A DNA stretch of 64,000 bases from the human T2T-CHM13v2.0 reference genome, Homo sapiens. The notes below the pieces were generated by a model that did no database searches, had not been told where the DNA came from, and was given only the letters and a program-made list of their open reading frames with translations. How positions within the stretch are numbered: position 1 is the first letter of the stretch; each line of letters begins with the position of its first letter. The stretch is taken from NCBI RefSeq assembly GCF_009914755.1, contig NC_060935.1; one strand, 5' to 3'. Shown here one piece after another: positions 25,986 through 43,244 of this stretch. A program made the translations under genes and the position numbers.

Positions 25986-28075
25986 TTTTTTCATTCCCAA
26001 GCCCAAGACTTGGTCAGATTATTATATACTGCATTAGCAGCTTTGATGAGGATGGTCTCTAGGTCTTCACCCAGTCACTGATAAAAATACTAAGCCTGAT
26101 ACCAGGGCCTGGACCCAGGCACTAGTCCTGCCACTCAGAAGCTGCCTCTGGTCACCTTCTTGGCTTAAGGGCACATAGTCTGAATCTCCTGGTGCTTTGC
26201 TATTAGTATAGATTTCTCCATGCTCACCAGAAGGGTATCCTGGGACTTCATTGTAGGACCTTGCCCAAACAGGGGGACCTATGCCTCCATCTTCCTTATC
26301 TATGGTCCAATCTTACTTTTATTAAAGAAAAAGTTAGATTTGTCCACCATGAGTTTTTACTTAAAGAAACCATGCTAAAAACTGCGGTCAGATTTGTATC
26401 TCTTGCCTTCTTTTCTCACCTTCCCCTTCCCTTCCTGCTGTCCTTATGTTGTTTTACTAAGGATTTGAGAAGTCTTATAGGAAAAAAATCATACAAAATA
26501 ATGGTAAGCCACAAATAAACACTACTAAGCAGGACCAATGAGTTTAAATCAGAACAGGACAACTAACCAGGGGCAGAAAATAGGATCCAATTATCCAGAC
26601 TGTAAAGGTTTTCATAGTTGATATAGTCAAGCCTGAAGCTGTTTCTAGCAGCTTATAGCAAAATTTGAAACAGTACGTTACATAATTCTTATCAAAATTG
26701 AAGAAAAGAAAGTTTGTGCTGGTTACACAGCAGGAAAAAAAAAAGCTTTGCCTTCTATTTAGTTCTAAAAAAAATGTTCCCATCCTGTTTTATTATGAGT
26801 ACTAAAATCAAATCTATATGCTCATAATCAACCCTTCCCAGAATCCTGCTTAGAATTCATCTAATCCTAACCTGTCTATTGCTTGCAAAATCCACTTTCT
26901 TTCTCTGTGTGAGAAGTGAAATTAATTCATCTCTGGTTTCTAGTACTTTCAACAACTTTTACAAGTCCCCAGGGAGGCTCCAGGTGATACTGAAAACCAA
27001 CGGGGAAATTTCCTGGAAGAATAAAAGAGAGTCTTACTCAAAATAATTGCATGTGTGGGATATGCATTAATTTAACAGACTTGAGCACCTACTATACATG
27101 GAATTAAATGATAAGCTCAAACTTTGAATCCTTCTTTTTACAAAAATAAGATGAACTGTGTTACCATGATATTTCATAGACAAAAATAATTTTGTTGAAA
27201 TAAGTATTTAGAGAATTCAAGCATTAGGCTACTTATTTTCCTTCTCAGCAAATAAAAAAGAGAAAGTCAGGGAATATTTACATTTTGGTGGCCACAAGAC
27301 TACTATGAAAATGGAGCAGCATTAGGAGCCTAGGCAAGTGTGGCAAGAGTCTTCCTTAAATTTAAAACATTGCATACTCTACTGCTTTTTCATCTATGAA
27401 ATATGACATACAACATGGTTCATAAAGTCTACATGGATGATTTAGAGAATAATTATAAAGCAAATACCCATGTAACTCCTACTCTAGTCAAGAAAGAATA
27501 TTGCCAGCACCTCAGAAGCCTCCTTGTGCCCCTTCCCCATCACAAACCTCTTTACCCCAAATAGTTAACCGCTATCCTGAATTTTGTGATCATCATTTTC
27601 TTGCTTTTCATTTCTATTTCTGACCACTGTATACAACCTAAATCATATCATTTTGTTTTGCCTGGTTTTCAATTTGATATAAAGAAATCACACAGTGTGT
27701 ATTCTTGTATACTCTGCACATGCATATATCCTGGTATACATGTGCACCTGTTTTGCTACAGAATATTCCTAGGAATGGAACATTGAGTCTTAGGATATAT
27801 GTATTTTCAAATTTGCTGAATAATGCCCAGTTGTTTTTCAAAGTGGTGGTACCAACTTACAATCCCTATCTTGGCCACCATATGGTAGTGTAAGATGTTT
27901 CAGTTTCACCAGTCAGGAGGATATTTAATGTTACCTCCTTAATTTTCATTTTCCTTGTGCTTAATAATGTTGAACACTTTTTTTTCTTATGCTTTTTGTG
28001 CATTTGGATATCCTCTTGCAAAGTGCTTGTTCAACATTTTTTGTCTATTGGGTTATTGTCTATTGTTTCTTATTG

Positions 28076-28149
28076 ATTTGTGGGAGTTCATCATAAATTC
28101 TGGATTCTAGTAATTTGTGGGAGTTCATCATAAATTCTGGATTCTAGTA
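28076..28149. repeat. Perfect 37-bp tandem duplication
   Basis: atttgtgggagttcatcataaattctggattctagta x2. Confidence 0.95.
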
Positions 28150-28796
28150 CTTTTTTGGTTGTGTGTGATGCAAACATCTTTTCCCTCTCTACAGCTTGTC
28201 TTTTTATTTTCTTGACAGTGTTTTTTGAAGGATAGAATTTCTTAATTTAATGTGGTCCAATTTATCAAACTTTTTATTATTAATATTTTTAACCTTTTTA
28301 AAAGAATTATCCTCTAGTCTTAATAATCTTATCGTCCACATGGAATTGGCTTTGTGTATGATGTAAAGGACAACAGTTTTATTTTTATTTATATCAATAA
28401 TCCAGTATTCTCAGCACCTTTTATTGCAAATACTGATCTTACTACATTAATCTACAGTGCCACTTCCATCGTGTTTCAGTGCCCATGTGTTAATAGATTT
28501 ATTTCAGAGCTCTCTACTCTGCTTCTGATGGATTTATCCCTTCACTAAACCACATTGTCTGTCTTAATTACCATAGCTTTAAAATTAGCCTTGATTTCTG
28601 GTAGACAAAACTCTCCCCACCCCATTTCTTGGGGGGAAATTTACATTTTAACAACATTGAGTCTTTGAACCTATGATCATAGCATACTTCTCAATTTATT
28701 TAGGTCTGCTTTAATTTCTTTTAGTAGTATTTTATTCATTTCTCTGTAAGGTCTTAAACATATTTTATTAGATTTATTCAAGATATTTTATATTTT

Positions 28797-29157
28797 TGTG
28801 GTAGGTAATCCAAAAAATTCTGTTCTCCAGTATCCTTCACTGCTGCAACAGACACATGTGGCCTGGGTCTCACCAGTCAGATCCACCCACATAAGATTTT
28901 AATTACAAAGTGAGCAACTTGAGGAAAGTGGCCCCACACAGAAAAGAGTTTGCTGGAGGGTGCTGTGGCAGAACTCTGGCTGAGTTCCAGAGCAGAATGG
29001 GCATCACTAGGGCAGTCATGGTTGAATTCATCCCTTTTTTAGTTACAGCATGGCTTTAACCACTGTTCCTGATAGCTTAGCATCCATACAAGCTACCCAA
29101 TATCCAGAGTCAGTGCTGTTGTTTGCAACTGATAACACTGATCCTGTTGGACATACA
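28797..29157 (+). mobile_element. Old ERVL-class LTR (LTR33-like) inside L1M
   Basis: GC-richer island starting tgtgg and ending tgtttgcaactga...ataca. Confidence 0.4.
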
Positions 29158-30352
29158 ACATTTTTTAAATGTAATTTCTTTAGCATTTTCTTGCTAATAT
29201 GTAGAAATACAACTCAATTTTATATATTGCTTTTTTATTCAGCAATTTTCTCAATTCTTTTATCAACTTCATTTATATTTTTAAAATACATGTATTATCT
29301 TCAAATTGTGACAATTCTATTTCTTCTTTTCCAGTCCTTATACCCAACTGCCCCCTTTCCTTCCTCCTCCTTCTCCTCATCTTCCACTTATTTCTTTCTC
29401 TTCCCTTCTCCTTCCTTCTCTTTCTTTAAATATCAGATCGAATTTGCATTTAGAATCAGATGGAGCTTGAGTTTTCTGTGTGGAAATTTTTTTGCTACCT
29501 GATTCAATGTGTTAAATGATTTTTCACTCTATTTTTTTAAGTGATCTTCTTGCCTCCCCTGCACCCAGCCCACTCTATTCATTTTCAAAGTTTCTTAGTC
29601 ATCAGTTCTGACATATTGCATGTTTCATATAAACTTTCAAATTTACTGCCCTAAAATTAGTCATAATATCTTCTTACTCTATTTTAATATCTGTGGCATC
29701 TATAACGATGTTCCTTTCTATTATTGGCCACCTCCTCTCTTTTTATGAATCTTGCTAAGAATTTGTCAGTTTTATTAGTTTACAAAGAACCTTTCTGTTA
29801 TATGTTTGTTTTCTACTTTATTAAAATTTTATTATTTTCTTCTTTAATATTTCCTTGCTGTATGAATGCTTACCTCTTTAATTTTTTATTTTGCTGTTTG
29901 AATGCTTAATTCTTTAATTTTTTTCAGTCTTTTTCCTTTGCTAATATAGACATTGAATGGATAAATTTGTTTGAGTCCTGCTTGAGCTGCATCTCAAGTT
30001 TGGTATGTCATATTTTGTTAATTATCAGCATAAAATATTTTCTAATTTCTTTTATGATTCTTTTTTGATCTCATGTTATATAAAGTATTTATAATTTCCA
30101 AAAATATAGAGATTTTCTTGTTATATTTTTGATATATATTTTTAGCTTTATTGCATTATGGTCAGGGAGAATGCACTCTGAATGAGTGCAATTTATTGAA
30201 ATGTATTGGTCATACATGGTGGCCCTACTGGTCAATTTACAAAAACATTCTATGTATGTTAGAAAATAATATGTATTCTGCATTTGTCAGTTAGAGCACT
30301 GTATTCATATCCAGCAGGTTACAATTGTTACTTGCGTTGCTAAAGTTTTGTA

Positions 30353-31119
30353 TGTATATGGACATAAAGATGGGAACAATAGACACTAGGGATTCCAAAA
30401 GAGGGGAGGGATGGGGGCAAGGATTAAAAAACTACCTATTGAGTACTATGTTCATGTGATGGTTAGCATTGAGTGTCAACTTGGTTGCATTGATGGATGC
30501 AAAGTATTGTTCCTGGGTGTGTCTGTGAGGGTGTTGCCAAAGGAGATTAACATTTGAGTCAGTGGACTGGGAGAGACAGACTCACCCTCAGTCTGGGTGG
30601 ACACCATCTAATCAGCTGCCTTCAGGGCCAGAATAAAGCAGGCAGAAGAAAGAGTAGAATGAACTAGCTTGCTGAGTCTTCCAGCCTTCATCTTTCTCCT
30701 GTGCTGGATGCTTTCTGCCCTAGAACATCAGATTCCAAGTTCTTCAGCTTTTGGACTCTTGGATTTATACCAATGATTTCCCAGGGGCTTTCAGGCCTTT
30801 GGCCACAGACTGAAGGCTGCACTGTTGGCTTTCCTACTTTTGAGGTTTTGGGACTTGGACTGGCTTCCTTGCGCCTCAGCTTAGAGAGAGCTTGTTGTGG
30901 GATTTCACCTTGTGATCATGAGTCAATTCTCCCTAAGAAACTTCCCTTCATATATACTTCTATCTTATTAGTTCTGTCCCTTTACACAACCCTGACTAAT
31001 ACAGTTTACTATTTGGGTGACGGGTTCAGTTGAAGCCTGAACCTCAGCATCATGTAATATACCCATGCAACAAACCTGCACATGTTCCCCCGAATCTAAA
31101 ATTTAACAACAACAAAAAA
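30353..31119 (+). mobile_element. L1PB-like 3' end split by MLT2A
   Basis: ggacataaagatgggaacaatagacact...aacaaacctgcacatgt plus A tail. Confidence 0.85.
30455..31003 (+). mobile_element. MLT2A (HERV-L) solo LTR
   Basis: tgtgatggtta...gagattaacatttgagtcagtggactggg...ccctgactaataca; TSD gttca/gttta. Confidence 0.9.
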
Positions 31120-32157
31120 GTGTATACTTCAGACTCATTTGTCTGCTTCTTGTACCAATGACTAAAAGAATTATGTTAAATTTGTTGCCATGATTTTACA
31201 TTGATTTGTCCTTGTATTAACAACTTTCAATTTATATATTTTTGAGGTCATATTATTGGATGAATAAAATAGTAGAGTTGTTACATGTTTTCTGGTAAAC
31301 TGAATGTCTTGTCATTAAAAAGTGATCTTATCATTAGCAAAGGTTTTGCTCTAAAGCTATTTTAATTAATACTAATATAGCCATATTGACTTTCTTTTGG
31401 TTAACATTCACATTGTGTATCTTTTCTTTTTATTTCGACCTTTCCATATACTCCAATAAGCAGGATTATTCCCCTAGTTTCTCAGATTTTAAGTTTTTTT
31501 AGCTGAGATATCTAATATGTTTACATTTAATGCAATTACTGATATACTGTTAGTACTAGTGGATTTAAATCTACCAATATGATATGTGCCTCCTATTTGT
31601 CCCACTAAGCCTATATTTATTTTCTCTTCTTTCTTGCCCTCTTTTTGATGGATTTTTAAAAATTCCATTAGCTCAGAAGTGTCTATGCTTTTAGTGGCTA
31701 CCCTAGAAATTAAAACATGCATATTTAACAAACCCGTTAGAATTAATCAATTCCTTCCAGACAACACAAGGACATTGGAGCACTTTATTTTATTTATACC
31801 TCTGATAATTTATATATTACTATGTTTCTTCATTCTATTTTTTAATCACACAAATTATTAATATTGTTGTATAGTCCATGTTCATTTCACATTACTCACA
31901 TATCTACCTTTTCTTTCTTCCCCAATTTTGTACCTCAGGCTGTCATCTGTTATTATCGCCTATCTATTTGAAGTTCATCCTTTAGAATTTCTTTCTAATC
32001 AGGACTCATTTTGGTAAGCTCTTTTCATGTTGGTTTGCCTGAAAAAAAAATTATTAATTTTATGCTCATTTTAAAGTTATGTTTTATAGGTTTTGGAGTA
32101 TGGGTTAGCACTGCATTGCAGATAACATTCTCCTGTTTTCTGACTTCCATAATGTTC

Positions 32158-32311
32158 TTTATTTATTTTTTTAATAGTTGGATTATTGCTATGTTGCCCA
32201 GGCTGGTGCACCATGGCTCTTCACAGGTGCGATCACTGAATGCTGCAGCCTCAAATTCCTGGGCTCAAGAGAGCCTCCAGCCTCAGCAGGTGTGCACCAC
32301 TGCACCTGGCC
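32158..32311 (-). mobile_element. FAM/FLAM-type Alu monomer
   Basis: gctatgttgcccaggctgg...ctgggctcaag...cactgcacctggc. Confidence 0.75.
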
Positions 32312-32574
32312 AGCACTGATGTTCTTGAGCAGTCATTTGTCAGTGTAACTATTGTTCTTTTGAAGGTAAGCTTTTTTACTCTAGCTGCTTTTAAGATTTA
32401 TTATTTGTATGCCAAAACTGTATATAGTTTGGTGGGACTTGTTTTTGTTTATCCTACTTGGGAATCACAATTCTAAATCTATGAATTGCTGTTTTTCATC
32501 AGTCCTGGAAAATTTTTAACCATTATCTAACCCAGTATTCCCTCTGCCCCATCTACTTTTCTTTCTAGCACTCT

Positions 32575-32648
32575 AAATATATATATATAATATATATATG
32601 CATATATATTAAAGTATATTAAATATATATTATATATATTAAATATAC
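32575..32648. repeat. (TA)-rich low-complexity tract
   Basis: Interrupted TA repeats. Confidence 0.85.
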
Positions 32649-34816
32649 ATTAGAACTTGTCATTCTGTCCTTCATGTTTCTTAGCTTCACTTTCATGTTT
32701 TCTATATTTCTATCTCTCTATGCTGCATTCTATCTAACTTTTTCTGGCCTATTTTCCATTTCCATAAATCTCTCTTCAGCTATGTATAATTGGCTCTTAA
32801 ATCTGTCTGATGGGTCTTATATTTTGGAAACTACATTTTTAATGTTTAGAAGCTCTAGTTGATTCTTTGTGTAATCTCCCAGATCATGTTCAATTATTTC
32901 CTCCTTCCCTGCAGTTACTTTCAAATTTGTATTCATTTATGTAAACAAAATAAGCCTTTAAAAAAATACACAGCTGACAATTCTAATATCCGAAGTCCTC
33001 ATGGCTCTCTGTCTGCCAATGTTTGTTGTTGTTGTTTTTGTTGTTGCTGTTGTTGCTTTGTTTGGCTGATTCCCAATTAAAGTGCTTTGCTTCCTTGTGT
33101 ACTTAGTAAAAGTTATGTAGGCTGATCACCATCCTTGAAATATTATTTGTGTTGTTCTTTAGGATAAAAGATCTTTTCTCTAGGAAGAATTTGTGTTTTC
33201 TTCTGTAAGGCATCTAAGAGGCATTTCCAGGCTAGTACCATCAGGTGTTGTGATGTGAATTTGAACTATAAGTCCATAAGAGGGCTGATTTTTTGTTTCG
33301 ATTTCACAAGAATGAGGTTTTTTTATTTCTTGTTTGTTTGTTTGCTTGCTTACTTGCTTGTTTTTATTCCTTCTTGGCTCTATTTAATGTTAAAGTAACT
33401 TTCCTTGAAATCCTTTGGGCAGAGAATGAGTTTCCTTTTAATTCACCCTTATTCTGATATATAGGCTTTTTGGGATCCAGCTTAGCTTGTCAGGGGTCTC
33501 ATTTGGTAATTGCCAGACTTTGATGTCTATCTGCAGCACTACAAGACCATCAAAACCAAGTTCAGGTTTTCCCAGATCAGCAACTGCCTTCAGGGTAAAA
33601 GCAGATTCTATTTACTCTATTCTTCTTAAGCCCTCTGAATTCACACTCTCCTTTACAATTTAGTTTGATAACTTCTCACAATCTTAATATATATGTCAGA
33701 AGAAACTAGGGTATGCTAAGGTAACAAAACTGCCCAATACTAGTGACTTAAAACAATAGAAAAGCATTCCTTTAAAAAAAATGAGAAAGAGAGTGGAGCC
33801 AAGATGGCCGAATAGGAACAGCTCCAGTCCACAGCTCCCAGCGTGAGCGATGCAGAAGACAGGTGATTTCTGCATTTCCAACTGAGGTACCAGGTTCATC
33901 TCACTGGGGAGTGCCAGACAGTGGGTGCAGGACAGTGGGTGCAGCGCACCATGCGTGAGCCGAAGCGGGGCGAGGCATCGCCTCACCCGGGAAGTGCAAG
34001 GGGTCAAGGAATTCCCTTTCCTAGTCAAAGAAAGGGGTGACAGACGGCACCTGGAAAATCGGGTCACTCCCACCCTAATACTGCACTCTTCCAACGGGCT
34101 TAACAAATGGCACACCAGGAGATTATATCCTGCACCTGGTTCGGAGGATCATATGCCCACAGAGCCTCACTCATTGCTAGCACAGCAGTCTGAGATCAAA
34201 CTGCAAGGCAGCAGCGAGGCTGGGGGAGGGGTGCCCGCCACTGCCGAGGCTTGAGTAGGTAAACAAAGCAGCCTGCAAGCTCGAACTGGGTGGAGCCCAC
34301 CACAGCTCAAGAAGGCCTGCCTGTCTCTGTAGGCTCCACCTCTGGGGGCAGGGCACAGACAAACAAAAGGCAGCAGTAACCTCTGCAGACTTAAATGTCC
34401 CTGTCTGACAGCTTTGAAGAGAGTAGTGGTTCTCCTAGCATGCAGCTTGAGATCTGAGAATGGAAAGACTGCCTCCTCAAGTGGGTCCCTGACCCCCAAG
34501 TAGCCTAACTGGGAGGCACCCCCCAGTAGGGGTGGACTGACACCTCACATGGCCGGGTACTCCTCTGAAACAAAACTTCCAGAGGAACGATCAGGCAGCA
34601 GCATTTGCGGTTCACCAATATCCACTGTTCTGCAGCCACTGCTGCTGATACCCAGGCAAACAGGGTCTCAACTGAAACTCCAGCAAACTCCAACAGACCT
34701 GCAGCTGAGGGTCCTGACTGTTAGAAGGAAAACTAACAAATAGAAAGGACATTCACACCAAAAACCCATCTGTACGTCACCATCATCAAAGACCAAAGGT
34801 AGATAAAACCACAAAG

Positions 34817-35833
34817 ACGGGGAAAAAACAGAGCAGAAAAACCGGAAACTCTAAAAATCAGAACGCCTCTCCTCCTCCAAAGGAACGCAGCTCCTTACCA
34901 GCAATGGAACAAAGCTGGACGGAGAATGACTTTGACGAGTTGAGAGAAGAAGGCTTCAGAAGATCAAACTACTCCGAGCTAAAGGAGGAAGTTCAAACCA
35001 ATGGCAAAGAAGTTAAAAACCTTGAAAAAAAATTAAATGCATGGATAACTAGAATAACCAATGCAGAGAAGTCCTTAAAGGACCTGATGGAGCTGAAAAC
35101 CACAGCACAAGAACTACGTGACAAATGCAAAAGCCTCAGGAGCCGACGCGATCAACTGGAAGAAAGGGTATCAGTGATGGAAGACGAAATGAATGAAATG
35201 AAGCGTGAAGAGAAGTTTAGAGAAAAAAGAATAAAAAGAAACGAACAAAGCCTCCAAGAAATATGGGGCTATGTGAAAAGACCAAATCTACGTCTGATTG
35301 GCCTACCTGAAAGTGACAGGGAGAATGGAACCAAGTTGGAAAACACTCTGCAGGATATTATCCAGGAGAACTTCCCCAATCTAAAAAGGGAGGCCAACAT
35401 TCAGATTCAGGAAATACAGAGAAGGCCACAAAGAAACTCCTCGAGAAGAGCAACTCCAAGACACATAATTGTCAGATTCACCAAAGTTGAAATGAAGGAA
35501 AAAATGTTAAGGGCAGCCAGAGAGAAAGGTCGGGTTACCCACAAACGGAAGCCCATCAGACTAACAGTTGATCTCTCGGCAGAAATTCTACAAGACAGAA
35601 GAGAGTGAGGGCCAATATTCAACATTCTTAAAGAAAAGAATTTTCAACCCAGAATTTCATATCCAGCCAAACTAAGCTTCATAAGTGAAGGAGAAATAAA
35701 ATACTTTACAGACAAGCAAATGCTGAGAGATTTTGTCACCACCAGGCCTGCCCTAAAAGAGCTCCTGAAGGAAGCACTAAACATGGAAAGGAACAACCAG
35801 TACCAGCCACTGCAAAAACATGCCAAATTGTAA
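34817..35833 (+). pseudogene. L1 ORF1p, disabled
   Basis: 1017-nt span as in canonical ORF1; ATG>ACG at 34817; premature TGA at 35606-35608. Confidence 0.95.
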
Positions 35834-35893
35834 AGACCATCGAGACTAGGAAGAAACTGCATCAACTAACGAGCAAAATAAGCAGCTAATATT

Positions 35894-38920
<3,027 letters not shown>

Positions 38921-39152
38921 AACAATGAGAACACATGGACCCAGTAAAGGGAACATCACACACCGGGGACTGTTGTGGGGTGGGGGGAGGGGAGAGGGAT
39001 AGCATTAGGAGATATACCTAATGCTAAGTGATGAGTTAATGGGTGAAGCACACCAACATGGCACATGTATACATATGTAACAAACCTGCACATTGTGCAC
39101 ATGTACCCTAAAACTTAAAGTATAATAATAATAAAATTTAAAAAAAAATGAG

Positions 39153-39268
39153 AGAGACAGTCTCCCTATGTGGCACAGCCTGGCCTCAAACACCTGGGCT
39201 CAAGCCATCCTCCTGCCTCAACCTCCCTAGTAGCTGAGACTAGAGGCACACACCACCGCGCCTGGCTA
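39153..39268 (-). mobile_element. FLAM monomer (its tail is the L1 target site)
   Basis: ctgggctcaagccatcctcctgcctc...accaccgcgcctggc; degenerate TSD gaaaagcattc / gaaatgtattc. Confidence 0.8.
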
Positions 39269-42200
39269 GAAATGTATTCTTAATAACAAAACTCTTATGT
39301 CAAGTTGGCAGATGGTGTGCTCCCCATTTTCCTCACTCAGGGAGCCATGATTACCATGGCACAGGGAATGGTGAATCACACATTGACCTTAAATGACTGC
39401 AAAGAAATAACACAAATCAGTTACCTCTGCTCATATTTTACTGTCCAAAGCAAGTCACATGGCCACACCAACTTCAAGAGGGTGGGGAGGAACAATGCTG
39501 AGCACATGAGTGCTCAGAGAACTTGAAATGACGGTAAACATCCCTAATGACTAACACACTTGTCAATTATTCAATACTTTCAAGGATATATTTTTTAAAA
39601 TATATTTGCCATATTTGTGATTGTTTTTAGAAGGAAAATTGGCTCAAATCATTGTTTTTCTATAATTATATCCTCCCTTTTAATGCCCACTGACATACAA
39701 TGAGTCTCGGTCAAATACATCTTGGGTATATATGTCTCTCTTCCCCACCAGTAGTCCCAAGGTATTGAAAAGCAAGTTGATGGTTCTCGAAGATATTCAG
39801 CTATTCAACTAGAAAAATTTTATTTACTTTCACAGGACTGTAAACTGCACCATATATTTGTTATACAACAAAGATTTTTAAAGTTATTTTAGGAAACTTT
39901 ATTTGTTCACTTAGGCTGTTAAATATATTTGTTAAAGAAATTGATTTTGCTTACAAGCCTTAAATGCATTCACCAAGCCTTGAGTTAATTAATCCATAAG
40001 TCTCTTTTACTCACAAGCCTAATAGTAATTAACTCCCTACTTTATACATACTGAGTGCTTTCTTTCATTAGCAAGAAAGCACCAGATTCTAGTGAAGATT
40101 TTTCTCTCTGCAGTCTGCTTGAAATAAAAAGCTCCTCTCGCAGATTCAGATTTAAACACAATATGAAGATACTTTCTTTTCTTTGAAGGTCAAGTACTAT
40201 TGAACACATAGGAGATACAGAATGAAGAAGACAGAAAGGGCCCCTGATATCATGGACTTGACATTCTAAAGAAGAGGCTGGTAAACTATAGGCTGCAGGC
40301 CAAATTTACTCTCTCTGCCTTTGTCAGCTGCCTGGGTATCCATGCCCAGAATGACCGTGGCACCCACATGCAAAAAATGGCATCTCTCAGCCCAGTTGGT
40401 TGAATGACAAAAAGGACACAGAGACATCCCTGCCATGAATAAGAGGCAAAATTCTACTTAATTAATCATTCATATTTCAGCAATATGGATACATATAGGG
40501 TTATGGATGATGGATGAACTGAAGATACACTGAGATAGACACAGAGGAGAAGCAGCAGCAAGGACAGGTTTTGCAGAAAGCATAACGAATATGTATGAAA
40601 TACTGGGTCTAGTAGATAGCTGGATTGACCTACCTAGGCTCAGGTGAGAGTTCCTGGCTGGAGAGAATAGACCTGAAGTTGCCATTATTCTAAAGGTAAT
40701 TAAAACTATTTCTAGATAGGATGGCTCACAAAGCAATGGAACATTTATGTTCCATCTAGGCACAAAGCTAATGTCAAAGTCTCATTCTGGTGTCCTAGGT
40801 CTGTAATTGTGAAAGAGCTATCTACTCTGAAGAGTGCTTTTTATTGCCCTATGAACTGTATGAGATGGCACATACCTCTTTTGGAAACATGGAGTGATTT
40901 CTTCCTTTCATTACCAGTCCCTGAAGCAAACTGGTGAAAGGGTGGCCTCTGACTCCGTTTCCTAGTGAGTGAATACTAATGAGAACAACTGCCCTTCAAA
41001 CAACAGAAGATGCAATCAGCAAGCAACTAGCTATGCTGCAGGACCAACAGAGGGAATCTGGTTAAGGATTTGGCCAAATTTCTGAAAACGTTCTTCTCCC
41101 TGGAGGAATTCTGTCATTAGGATGAATGACACTGTCAGTTAAACAAAATTTTCTGATTAATGTAATTTGGGCTTTTTGTTTGTTTTGACATGTGAATTTG
41201 CGAGAAGGATGAGTGGTGTTAGGAATTACTACTGTGCATATTCCTCTATCTTAAATTCATTTACATCCCTCCATTTAAGTTGCCATAGAGGTTGCTATGG
41301 AGAGCTTTATGTCCAGTGACATAAATGAACCCCAAAATACATGTGTTACAAATGCACCTACCCCAATTTTGTATTCAGTGATTGTTAAATTATTTTGAAA
41401 ATATGAGTAGCCTCTGGTAATTAGAGAATACAGAGGCTACAGAATTCTTTACCTCCAATATTGCTCTCAGGTGTTAAATTTCAATAAAAGCAAATCCCTT
41501 ACAAATTTTGCCGTAGGTATAATATTTATTCTCATGTTGGCACAGAACAGTCTCATAGCTTGCTTCTGTAAGCATGATAAAGTCCTGCTCTCTGTTTGTA
41601 TGCATTTCAACAAGTATCTGCCTGGAAATTTCAATTTGAGACTGGTGCCATGATATCCTAAAGGCTTCTAGTTAGATGGGGAAAACATGGTCCTTTATTA
41701 ATTCAGGAAAAACAGGAACAAAGGGAATTCTAGATTTCAGCCACCCCTCTGAAGGTGTTGGACTGCAAGGCTTACTGAATTCTTGTATCTCCCTTATGTG
41801 AAATCTTTCTCAACCACATATCTAGAACACCACTCATTCATTAATAACAAATTATTTCTAGCATGCCTTACTTCTGATGTACATTTACATAACAATATTT
41901 GAAGTGTCCGCCGTTTATATCTGCTGTGTGAATTCTGCTGATTAGTTTTCTCCAAATGCCAACTAACCTCTCTTAATGTGTAGATCAAGTTTACCCTGCA
42001 CATGGATTTATACCATACTATTCATAGTATTTTTAAATAAATTACCAAACAGAAAATTCTAAATACTTTATTTTTAAAAGTACAAAAACCTCACAGAGTC
42101 ATATTCAAAGTTTCCACCAAAATGGATAACATTGACCATTTTTGGCAGTACAAAAATGCACCTCCCCCATCCCATACACTAAAAGATATAATATCTAAGA

Positions 42201-42661
42201 GATGATGCCTAAAACAGGACACTTCGCAAGCATGCATGCCATTCATTTTACACACAGTCTCCCAGGGAAAGGACTTGAAACTACAGATCCTGGCCAGGAT
42301 TCCACCGACTTGTTCCTCATCTCCCAGAGACTATTGCTGGGAAGGGCTAGAATAACTCCACAGAGACTCATTTCTGCTATAGCATAGCACTATTTTTTTA
42401 TCCACTAATTTGGGAGTGGACAGTAATTTATATTAGCATGTCTTGTCAACAATATGTAGGGGTTCCTTGTCAGTATGTGAGAATAGCACCCTTTAATTAA
42501 ATAAAGGTTTGACAGCACAGCCATGGGTAGGATAGATCCAAAAGTATGTCCTATTCACCACTTAATAAGGAAATAAACTTATTATCAGGAAAGTATGTTG
42601 TGTATAACAGTCAGATAGTATAATGTTCATCTCCTCTATAGTATGTAATAAAAAAGCTTTT

Positions 42662-42986
42662 GGCCAGATTGGGTGGCTCATGCCTGTCATCTCAGCATGT
42701 TGGGAGACTGAGTTGGGAGGATCATTTGAGGCCCAGAGTTGGAGACCAGCCTGTACAACATAGTGGAACCCTGTCTCTACAAAAAAAAAAAAAAGAAAGA
42801 AAGAAAGAATTAGAAGGGTGTGGTGGTGACATGCACCTATAGACCTAGATACTCAGGAGGCTGAAGCAGGAGGATGAGGATAGCTTGAGCCTAGAGTTTG
42901 AGGTTATAGTGAGGACTATGATGGCACCACTGCACTCCAGCCAGGGTGACAGAGAAAGACCTTGCCTCAAAAGAAAAAAAAAAAAA
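42662..42986 (+). mobile_element. AluJ
   Basis: Diverged dimer with ggaggatcatttgaggcccagagtt, expanded middle A-linker and A tail. Confidence 0.9.
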
Positions 42987-43244
42987 GAGGAAAGATTGAA
43001 AGGAAAAACCTTTTCGGGTTTTGGGGTGGGATGTCTCTGGACCTGCAGTACAACTGAAATAGGATTCAAGGCTCCAGAAAGAAAACAGACCCCTGAGGGA
43101 AGGGGGTGATGATCTTCTTTTGAGATATTAGAATGAGGTGGGTTTTGATGGCTTGAAGGGCACAGATACTTCCTTATTCCTCAGGCCATGGTTGAGGAGC
43201 CTTTTCCTAATAATCTAGAACAGACTCGGAGATATAGACTATTT

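Larger units (their letters stand above)
27380..33680 (-). mobile_element. Long ancient L1M remnant with nested inserts
   Basis: T-rich antisense L1 text; the minus-strand ORF at 30089-30283 contains ILPDHNAIKLKI, like the L1 endonuclease SDHNAIKLEI. Boundaries approximate. Confidence 0.7.

Noticed and set aside
30475-30500. DUX4 site in the MLT2A LTR
   Set aside because: It reads ttggttgcattga instead of the recalled ttgattggattga, so it is degenerate.
34020-34242. L1 antisense ORF0
   Set aside because: The start is GTG rather than ATG (cagtggcgggcacc) and the frame stops after CCASNE.
41279-41440. RFX-like half sites and a 10-bp inverted repeat (gtagcctctg / cagaggctac)
   Set aside because: Too short to distinguish from chance or a decayed MITE.
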